From the NCBI GenBank assembly GCA_001600695.1, contig BCKQ01000006.1, positions 992,864 to 1,044,132 of the forward strand: a DNA stretch of 51,269 bases, in the 5' to 3' direction. This DNA comes from Ascoidea asiatica JCM 7603 (lineage: Eukaryota; Fungi; Ascomycota). Under the pieces are notes generated by a model. The model saw only the letters and a program-made list of their open reading frames with translations. It had not been told where the DNA came from and did not search any database. Of this stretch, positions 11,773 to 20,844 are shown piece by piece. The translations under genes were made by a program, and so were the position numbers. The first letter of the stretch is position 1; each line of letters begins with the position of its first letter.

Positions 11773-12774
11773 ATGGCTGATACTTCCGAACTTCCTTTAA
11801 CTTTACCATCTTCTTGGTTCACTAGTAATAAAATTTTAGATATTATAAGAAGTGAAGTTTTATTGAAAGAATGGTTATATATAGCTCCAATCACTCGTTT
11901 TTACAAGTCTAACGGCTCGGAATATGTTCAATATTGTTATGCTAATAAACCGTGTTTTGTTCTTACTGGTGATTTTTCTTCTTCAACAACTTCAATCAAT
12001 GCATATCTCGGTGATTATGAAAAAGAAATTTTGCCTTTGAATAGTGATGAATTGAAAATTAATAAAAAACTTCAATCTCTTCCACAAATTTCTACTTATA
12101 TTACAAAAACTGGTTTAGTTTTCATCAATTATCAACAAAATCCTTCAGTTTCTTTAGAAGACCATTTTAGTAAAGATTTATTCAAGTTAACTGATAATGT
12201 AAACTTTTCCAAATTAAAATATAAAAGAACTGTTGTTTATGAAACAAATTACAATTTTCTTACTTTTCTTGATGGTTACCAAGAATGTCTTCATTGTCAA
12301 TATACCCACCCGGGTTTAGCAAAAGCTTATGATATGACTTCTTATGAAGTTCAAAATTATAAAAATTTCTCTCAGCATAAAACTTGTCCACAAACTAATG
12401 CTAAAGCCGGTGAAGGTGATGGGTTATTTCTTTATTTTTTTCCAATTTCAACTTTAAGTTTATATGGCGGTGGAATGAATTGTTTTAGAGTTATTCCTAT
12501 AAGTAAAAACCGTTCAAAAATGGAAATCGATTTTTACTTTGATGAATCTATTGTAACTGATAAAACAAAAATGGGTGTCGAGTTTGAAAAATATTTTAAT
12601 TTTGTTAGACAAGTTCAAACTGAAGATCAATATCTTTGTGAAGATACTCAAAAAAACCTTCAAATTGGTCTTTATAAAGTCGGTTTTTTGAATCCTGTCA
12701 AGGAAAGTGGTGTTCTCTTTTATCAAAATTTGATTCGTGAAAGAGTAGTTAACTTTGTTAAAACGGCTGCATAA
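11773..12774 (+). CDS. Choline-monooxygenase-like ring-hydroxylating oxygenase alpha subunit lacking the Rieske cluster motif
   Basis: LPSSWF, KEWLY, GLVFIN, TNYNF...YQECLHCQYTHPGL, YFFP, EDQYLCEDTQKNL..GLY..G.L.P..E.GV..YQ match the catalytic domain; no CxH..CxxH. Confidence 0.8.
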   Translation: MADTSELPLTLPSSWFTSNKILDIIRSEVLLKEWLYIAPITRFYKSNGSEYVQYCYANKPCFVLTGDFSSSTTSINAYLGDYEKEILPLNSDELKINKKLQSLPQISTYITKTGLVFINYQQNPSVSLEDHFSKDLFKLTDNVNFSKLKYKRTVVYETNYNFLTFLDGYQECLHCQYTHPGLAKAYDMTSYEVQNYKNFSQHKTCPQTNAKAGEGDGLFLYFFPISTLSLYGGGMNCFRVIPISKNRSKMEIDFYFDESIVTDKTKMGVEFEKYFNFVRQVQTEDQYLCEDTQKNLQIGLYKVGFLNPVKESGVLFYQNLIRERVVNFVKTAA

Positions 12775-13154
12775 TTAATCTTTCAACTTTATTTTTTTTC
12801 GTCTTCCTTTTTACTTAATATTTAAATTTAGACCCATATTCAATAACTAAAATCAAAACTAAAATTCAATTTCTTTTTATAATCTTCATAAATTATCTTT
12901 TATATCCATTAATATATGCTAACTATACACTTTTATTCATTTATGGCTCTAAGTTACAATGTAAAATATGACGTCTAAAATTTAGTTTAATCTTTCGATA
13001 ATTTAAAAGCCGACATGCAGCTCCGTAAATAGTATAACTAGCAATATCAGTGGCGGTATTGTTTATACTTTTACCAAGCAGCTTTAATATTATTTGAAAT
13101 AAAATTTTTTAATTGATTTAAAATTTTATGAAATCTTTAATCAATTACTTAAAA

Positions 13155-16100
13155 ATGAGTCTTTTAGATAATATTATTTCTGTTGGAGACAATTTCCCAA
13201 ATATTACAGAAGTTAATCAAACTACAATCTTGAATTCGACTCAAGATGAGTCCTTTCTTTCATTGACAGATGATATAATCCTTTCAATTGATTATAGATT
13301 CAATAAGTTTAGCGCTTGTTGCTTAGATATAAGCTCAAGAAGATTATATGTTTTAGAAAACTCTTCTATAGTTTTAACTCAAAATGATTACTTAGGAATA
13401 GCTGAAGCATTTTTCGAAAATAGTATGTAAATAACTTGCTATTACTTTTTTATTACTGAGGCTAAAAAACTGTACTTTTTTTATGATCTTGGGATAACTA
13501 ACAATACTTTCAAACCAAAAGTTGTGATTCAATTCAAGCCTACTGTTGTTCTCATAGCTACATGTCTCGATCCAGTATTTTGTGAAATAGCAAGCAAAGC
13601 TGGTAAGCTTCACACCCACTATACCTTTTTGAATATATTTTTTATGCTTAACTAACTTAGCTTAAAGCAGGAATTTTTCACTGACAAATCAACATTTTTT
13701 TTAATTAACTGAAATAGCTGGCAAATTCAATTATTCTTTAAAGATTACACCCAATCACCATTATGCAAAATCTGAGGTACTTAAATTATTTGAAGAAATC
13801 CTTGATGAAGCAAAAGGAGAATGCGATGAAATATCTAATGAAAATTCATTAACTACATCAAAGTTGAAATCTTATTTTGCTATGCTTTCAAATAATCCAG
13901 ACTACTCGGTGGCTGTATGTATATAACCTGATGAAATTATTCATTATTTGCTTTTATTTTTCAAGCGCTAGTAACTAATTATTCTATTTTTCTAAAAAAG
14001 CTTGGTTGTATTGGCTCCTTATTGTCTATGCTTCAAACCCATATTTTTTTTCAGAATTCCGAAATTAAAGCATTGAGCTTGATCTCCACTTTTGAAACAT
14101 TGATTTTGTAAGTTTTACAGTCACTATTTTTTACCTACGATATCAGATAACAAATATTCTAACATATTATTCAAGGGAAGATTATATGTTCATCGATCAA
14201 AGTACATTATTTGCACTTCAAATTTTTTCAAATCCAAATTACACTCAAATTACTTCGAAAAAAGATAGCAAAGTAACTGTTTTCGGTACATAATACTTTT
14301 TTTTTTAAACATATATTTTATATCAAAAATACTAATGCCATCAATTAGATCTTTTGAATTTTACCGGTTCAGTTCCAGGGGCTAAGATGCTAAGAAATTG
14401 GCTAACAAGACCATTGTCAAATCTTCGGTTAATTGAAGAGAGACATAAATCAATTGAGATTTTTCTGCGATCAAATAATTCCGAAACGGTGAAAAAATTG
14501 ATGAGTTCAATCAAAAATTTGGGAATTATTTCAAAAAACATACTAACTTTACATGCTGGAAAAGCACAACTAAGAACCTGGGAGTCGATTTTAAACTTCT
14601 TAAATCATTCAATAGAAATTTATGAAACTCTCAACTTTTTACATGGCAGGGAAGAGATTGAAGTTATTCAAGCTATTATTTCATTGGCTGATGTTGAAAC
14701 GATCAAAGATCTGGTTGAAACTCTTATTTCAACAATAGATTTTGAAGAATCAATTGAATCAGGGAAAATTACTATTGCCAATAAAGTTCATCCTAGATTA
14801 GATGAGCTAAGAAATATCTATAATGAAATGGATGATATTCTAAATGATGTTGCCTTGGAGGTTTGTAAAGTATTTCCAAAAGCTTTTTCGGACTTGATTA
14901 ATGCCGTTTATATACCACAGCTAGGATATCTTATTTCTGTTTTATATGAAGATAACAATTATTTTGACTATATATTTGATGATTGGGAAGAAATTTTTCG
15001 AACTACCACCACAGTATATTTTAAGACTGATGCTACAAAAAAAATGGATGATTATTATGGTGATATTTATAGTTTGATGTGTGATTGCGAAATTGAGATT
15101 TTATATGAACTGCAAATGGTTATTATTGAACAAGAAAAGCTTTTATGCGAGCTTAGCACTTTGTTTGCTTCTTTAGATTGGTACGACTCACACTCAACTT
15201 CTTTTGAAAAAAAAACAAATATATCCTACTAACAGAATTATCTTTATCGTAGTTTTCTTTCTCTATCTAAGGCTTCTGAAATTTACAATTATTGCAAACC
15301 AGAAATGAGTAATAACATCATATTAGATATTAAAGATGGAAGGTAAGAATATTCTTTTACTTTTTAGTTATATTTGAAAGCACATTATAAGTTTATTATA
15401 TTAACTGGCTTTTTTTTAATACTAAGACATCCACTATATGAAACTGTCGTTCCAACATTTGTTCCGAATCAAACTTATTTAAATGGTTCCACTAGTGGTG
15501 ATGATAGGTGGGCAGAAACAGGACACGAAAGAATCTTGTTAGTAACAGGTGCTAATTTCTCTGGAAAATCTGTTTATTTAACACAGTGTGCTTTAATTGT
15601 CTTCCTTGCTCATATAGGTTGCTTCGTTCCCGCTTCTAAAGCTATTATTGGGTTAACAGATAAAATATTGACAAGACTGGTATCAAAGGAAAGTGTTTCA
15701 AATGCACAAAGCACTTTTTTGATTGATTCTCAGCAAATTTCCAAATCTCTGAATTTGATTACCGAAAGAAGCCTGCTTATTATTGACGAATTTGGTAAAG
15801 GAACAGATATAATAGGTATGTTAAATACTTTTACACATTGAAACTATTTTTGCTTTATTACTAACGTTTTCTTAGATGGACCTTCTTTATTTGGTTCTGT
15901 TCTGAACTATCTTTCGAAATTGAAAAATTGTCCCAGAACTGTTGCTTCCACCCACTTTCACGGTAAGAACACCTTCTTTTAAAAAAGGGAATATATTGAA
16001 GAATAGTTTGCTTTACTAACCTTTTTAAAAAGAAATTTTTGCCCCTAGTATTATGGGAAATATCAATGGTATTCATCATTACCAAATGGAAATTTTGATA

Positions 16101-16579
16101 TCCTTTGATCAAAGCGATCAAAATGAATCTACTGAAAATATAACATATTTGTATCATTTGAAAGAAGGTACAATGACAAATAGTTTTGGAATTTAGTAAG
16201 TATACTGAAATTTAGGTCTTTTTTTAAATCTTATTTTAGTTTTTGTTCTAACGTTTATTTTAGTTGTGCAAAAATGTGTGGAATAAAACACACAATAGTC
16301 AGAAGAGCACAAGATATATTCACAATGATTGAAAATGGAAAAGATCCGGTCAAAAAATGTTCAGTACTCACAGAAAAAGAAGCTAATTCTCTCAATGTTG
16401 CAGTAAGTAATATATTCATAAATTTTAGCTGCATGTGCTTTATAAAACCTCTGACTACTAACAATAAATTCAAGAAAGTAATTTCGAAAAATTTTTTAAA
16501 ATGGGATTTTTCAAAAGAAGATCATAAATCAGATATACGCATCAAGGAAAAATTGATTCAATTGACAAATGAAAAATAA
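13155..16579 (+). CDS. MSH5: Meiotic MutS homolog Msh5, 12 exons (13155-13422, 13522-13602, 13718-13914, 14001-14107, 14176-14285, 14349-15180, 15253-15342, 15427-15815, 15876-15962, 16033-16195, 16264-16402, 16475-16579), 855 aa
   Basis: All 11 introns are GT..AG with branch-like motifs and consistent phases; motifs YMFIDQSTLFALQIF, VYIPQLGYL, DGRHPL, Walker A TGANFSGKS, ESVS..QSTFLID, IDEFGKGT, STHFHE, SFGIYCAKMCGI; upstream in-frame ATG also at 13128. Confidence 0.95.
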
Positions 16580-16619
16580 TTTCCAGAAAAAGTTAGTGGC
16601 TATATATAACATTAAACAT

Positions 16620-18314
16620 TTAGGCAAATTTAATAGATCTTGAAAGATTCTTTTTGATACCAGTTTTCTCACCTTCATATGACCCTTGTTGCCCAGTGTA
16701 AACAGCACGAACACTTTTAAGTTTTTTCTGAGCTTTTTCATATTTCTTTCTCTTTTTAACTCTTGCATTCCTATTAATTTTATCACGTTTAGGTGTAAGA
16801 CCCTTATTCTTAAGGATTTGATAATTTATTGCTCTTTTTCCATTTTCTCCTACCATTTCTTGCAATTCAGATAATTTACCCTCTTTAGCGGCCTTCACAG
16901 CCTGAATATGAGCTGTTTTCCTTTGTTCTTTCTTTTCCATTCTTGCCTTTTTAACTAATTCATAAGCAGAATTGGCAGAATTTATATTATTTGCTTGTTT
17001 TTCATCATCAGAATTAAAATCATCTCCATCAAGATCGGCGCCTACACTACTATCTTTCTGACCACGTTTACGAGCTTCTTCAGTCAATCTTTGTTGCCTT
17101 TCAAAGAAACGCTCTTTATAAGGTAGATCCAAATCCCCAGTAAATTTAATATCTCTTTTGTTTGCTTGTTGGTCAATTTTAGAAGTATAGAAACGTAAAG
17201 ATCGCTTATGAGCTTTCTTTTCTTCTGCATCAACATCTGCCATTTCACCTTCCACGAAATCTTGCTGATATACTTGTCTTTTTTGGATTACACGTTTCTT
17301 ATTTATATCAAATTCTTCATCGGACTCATCGGCTGTAGTAATATCTTGACTGAGTTTAGAAGCCGAAGAACTAGAAGAAATTTCCTTATTATTTATTTCT
17401 GTATCTTCAATTTCTTTATCTGAATTTTCTATTTCTTTATTTGAATTTTCCAAGTTTTCATCATCAGTTTTTTTATTTAAAGTTATAAATTCATTGCTAT
17501 CTTTTACGATAGTAGTATCTTGATTTTGAATAAATGAGTATTCATCAGGCAACTGATCTGCTTGTTTCCATACTTCTCTGGCTTTTAATATGCACTCCAT
17601 TATGGGATGATTTTTCATTGTAAAGTTTTCACCTGTTGATAAATTAGAAATAAATAATGCAAAATAATTACTTATTGAGCCAAGATAAGCAGATAAAGCA
17701 GTAAATTTAACATCCAGTATTTCATTATTTTCTTTTTTTGAAATTAACCAACTGAGTTTGGGCATAAGGGATGTTAGTTCAGTAGACATAGGTAAATATT
17801 CAGGGAAATTTGATTGAATTACTTTCAATCTTTCTGATTTATCTAATGATGCAAGATTAGTCCAAGGAACATTATCTTCAGGTTCTGTTAATTTAGTTGA
17901 TATTTCAGGAACTTTTTCTGACCATCCTGTTTCTTCTTCATCAAAATAATCTTGTATATTAAGGTTTTGCCTGTGAGACTTTTCAAGACGAATTGCTTCA
18001 TCAACCATTCTTTCAGCATCTTCTGGATCTTCAATATCCTCATCATCTTCTGCTCCATAATAATTCTGTTTTCCTCCCCAATTATCAAGGTCTTCTTCAT
18101 TATTTATATCGTCTTGATTTTCAGTGAAAAATTCTCGATCATTCTCATTTTCATCTTCAAATTTAAAATTTTCATTATCAGATTGACTCGAATCAGAGTC
18201 ATAATCATTTCTCATTACTTCTTCATCGGAACTTTGTTGTAATAATTCATTTTGACTTACATCATCTTCAGAATCGGATAAAGGGTCATCTAACATTAAC
18301 TCTTTTTTATCCAT
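16620..18314 (-). CDS. SAS10: SSU processome component Sas10/Utp3
   Basis: Acidic N-terminus, HPIME..L, SLRFYTSKIDQ, GDLDLPYKER, C-terminal KRAINYQILKNKGLTPKR..RNARVKKRKKYEKA..YEGEKTGIK. Confidence 0.96.
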   Translation of the reverse strand: MDKKELMLDDPLSDSEDDVSQNELLQQSSDEEVMRNDYDSDSSQSDNENFKFEDENENDREFFTENQDDINNEEDLDNWGGKQNYYGAEDDEDIEDPEDAERMVDEAIRLEKSHRQNLNIQDYFDEEETGWSEKVPEISTKLTEPEDNVPWTNLASLDKSERLKVIQSNFPEYLPMSTELTSLMPKLSWLISKKENNEILDVKFTALSAYLGSISNYFALFISNLSTGENFTMKNHPIMECILKAREVWKQADQLPDEYSFIQNQDTTIVKDSNEFITLNKKTDDENLENSNKEIENSDKEIEDTEINNKEISSSSSASKLSQDITTADESDEEFDINKKRVIQKRQVYQQDFVEGEMADVDAEEKKAHKRSLRFYTSKIDQQANKRDIKFTGDLDLPYKERFFERQQRLTEEARKRGQKDSSVGADLDGDDFNSDDEKQANNINSANSAYELVKKARMEKKEQRKTAHIQAVKAAKEGKLSELQEMVGENGKRAINYQILKNKGLTPKRDKINRNARVKKRKKYEKAQKKLKSVRAVYTGQQGSYEGEKTGIKKNLSRSIKFA

Positions 18315-18424
18315 TTTTTTTAAAAAAAAAATTTGTAGATATTATATTTTATTCTTCAAATTTTTTTTATAATATTGACTACTTATAGTAGGTATAAATA
18401 AACTTTTAATAATTATTTATAAAC

Positions 18425-18637
18425 GGATGAGCTATAGATTTAGAGCATTAATCTTTCAAATATTATTTCGATACTAATATTAGCAAATTTTTGTTGAATT
18501 GAAAACTTAAATTGAAATGTTTTTATGATTTTAATCTTTTATAAAACTACTGACGTTTTTTCAAATTTGAAATTTTAAAATATGTTTATTTTTTCAAAAT
18601 AATTAAAATATTTTTGAAAAATATTTTTTCCGGGTAA
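18425..18637. promoter_or_regulatory. Divergent SAS10/RPC53 ribosome-biogenesis promoter with PAC-like, RRPE-like and Reb1 sites
   Basis: GGATGAGCT near 18425, TGAAAAATATTTT near 18615, exact Reb1 site CCGGGTAA 18630-18637. Confidence 0.6.
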
Positions 18638-18924
18638 GCTTTAAGTACCATTAGTTTGGAAACGAAAAAAAAATGAGATGTGGGTGCAGGATGTTAGAGC
18701 CTGGAAGTAAGCAAAGAGAATAAAATAAACTTACTAGGAGTGAAATCCAAAGTTGAAAGATCAAATAAATTGAAGGTAAATATTAACAGATGAAATTAAA
18801 TAATAAAATTATATAATAAAAGTAAGTGATAAGATTGAATAATAAAGTAAAGTCATTGTTTGGGTAATTAACAACTGTAAATACTAATACTTCGGTGGTG
18901 AAATATAGAAAGAATAATCTTACA

Positions 18925-20124
18925 ATGGCGGGTACACAACGTCTTGATGGGTTGTCAAATAGACTTTCTTCAGGTCGAGTATCTTTTGGTACACCAAAGC
19001 CAAAAGCAGGGTTGAAATTTAAACCAAAAGCAGTTTCTAGGAGGACAAAAGAAGAAAGGGCAGCAGATGCACCTGTTTTGAGAGAAGTAGATGATAATGG
19101 TCGAGGAAGAGGTCGAGGCAGAGGTAGAGGTGGTTTAAGAGGTCGAGGTAGAGGTAGAGGAGGACGAGGACGTGGTAATTTAGCTGGAACTCATTTAATT
19201 TCTCTGGGACCTTTATCTAATACAGAAGTTGTTGATATACGTAAGAATGGAAGAAATGGTAGAAGTATTAAATCAGAAGCTCATCGGAATATAAATGATG
19301 AATTATTAGATTTACAAGGTTTAGATGATGCAAAAAGAATTAATATGAATGAAGAATATGAATTAGATAAAGGGACTACTGAATTATTTCCATTAAGAGC
19401 TATGAATGGAAATAGTAAGAAAGCAGAAAGTATTAACTCATCAGATAGTAGTACTTCATCAAAAAGTAATTCACCGGAATTAAGTGATAGTGAAGAAGAA
19501 TATATATCAGTAAAAGAAGAAAGTGAAGATATTTCATCAAAATCACCTTCAATTAAAAATGAAGATGAATTAAATAATCAATTATTAAAAGATGAAAAAC
19601 ATAAAAATTTTAAAAAAAAATCAAAGAAAAAAGTAAAAATTGAAAGTAAACTGATTCATGAATATAATTCGGATGATGAAGAAATATGTATACTTAAAGA
19701 TCATTTTAAAATTATGAGAATAGTAGAAAATCAAGCTAAAAGAATAAACAATAATGAAACAAATAAATTAATAGTATTTCAACTTCCTAAATTATTACCA
19801 AATTTTCAAACAGAAGAAGATAAAATTGAAAATGAAAATAGTAAAAAAAATGAAAATGGCGAAAAAAATGAAAATGGTGAAAATAGTGACAATTTGAAAC
19901 CAAAAATAAGAATCAAAGATCCACCAAATGGAATAATAGGAAAATTAAGATATCATAAATCAGGAAAGGTTAGCATGAAAATTGGAGAAGTTGTAATGGA
20001 TATTTCTAGCGGAGCAAATACAAATTTTCTACAAGATGCTATTCTAGTTGACACTAGCAATCATAATGTCTATCAGATGGGTCAGATAGAAGATAAAATT
20101 GTCGCCAATCCTAAGTTATTCTGA
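18925..20124 (+). CDS. RPC53: RNA polymerase III subunit C53 (RPC4)
   Basis: RL.SL.. start, LKFKPKAVSRRTKEER, LFPLR, FQLP..LP, GIIGKLRYHKSGKVSMKIGEVVMDISSGA..FLQD; ATG at 18925; RG-repeat tract near the N-terminus. Confidence 0.95.
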   Translation: MAGTQRLDGLSNRLSSGRVSFGTPKPKAGLKFKPKAVSRRTKEERAADAPVLREVDDNGRGRGRGRGRGGLRGRGRGRGGRGRGNLAGTHLISLGPLSNTEVVDIRKNGRNGRSIKSEAHRNINDELLDLQGLDDAKRINMNEEYELDKGTTELFPLRAMNGNSKKAESINSSDSSTSSKSNSPELSDSEEEYISVKEESEDISSKSPSIKNEDELNNQLLKDEKHKNFKKKSKKKVKIESKLIHEYNSDDEEICILKDHFKIMRIVENQAKRINNNETNKLIVFQLPKLLPNFQTEEDKIENENSKKNENGEKNENGENSDNLKPKIRIKDPPNGIIGKLRYHKSGKVSMKIGEVVMDISSGANTNFLQDAILVDTSNHNVYQMGQIEDKIVANPKLF

Positions 20125-20844
20125 GTCAAGCTAGAGAATAGTCAGCACAAATATATATATTAGAATATATGAAAATATACTCTATAAAACTAAATAAAAA
20201 TGTTAAAAGTGTAACTTTACTGTATTTTATTTTAATCTTCCCAAGCCAGGCCTTTTAAAGTAATTAATTGTAAATAAACTTAGCTAATTCCATTGTAGCG
20301 CAATAAATTGAAAGATACAAAAATCGACGCCGAGAAACTGGTCTCGCTCGCATAATCCATAGTCCTAGAATATTGTCCTAGAACAGTGTCCTATAAACAG
20401 CAATGTCCTAGCTCGCCATCCAAAAGAATATCCGTGTTTGTGGACTCTACTTGGCGGCTATGCGCCCGCGCTCCGGCGATGGTCTGCTGCGCTGGCAGTT
20501 CGCAATTCCGCGCGCTACACGCCCGCAGTAGCAGCTATTTGGGCTTGGAACAGCTGCTCACGAAGTTGATCCCCAGAAATCCTCACCTCCAGCACCATCT
20601 TTTTTATGCCCAGAGACCTTGTCACCTCACAACCTCACACACAGTCTTATTATCTCACTCAAATCTCTATCCTTCTTTATATTTATCTTTTGTTTGGCGC
20701 TTAAGATTTATAAACAATTTCATAAGTGATTTATACTTTATAAATATTATTTTTATTATATTCATTACCATTTCCATCACTATCTCCATCAACTATTGCA
20801 AGAATAATGATCCCTTTGGAAAAAGCTGTTATATAAGACTAACA

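Noticed and set aside
13128-16579. MSH5 as a fragmented pseudogene
   Set aside because: Every break is explained by a GT..AG intron with consistent phase; the joined frame has no stop
20386-20844. 153-aa N-terminal extension of LDB17 in the ORF track
   Set aside because: Starts at GTG and runs through a GC-rich promoter island. One in-frame ATG lies in the island (near 20479), but family-like sequence begins at ATG 20845
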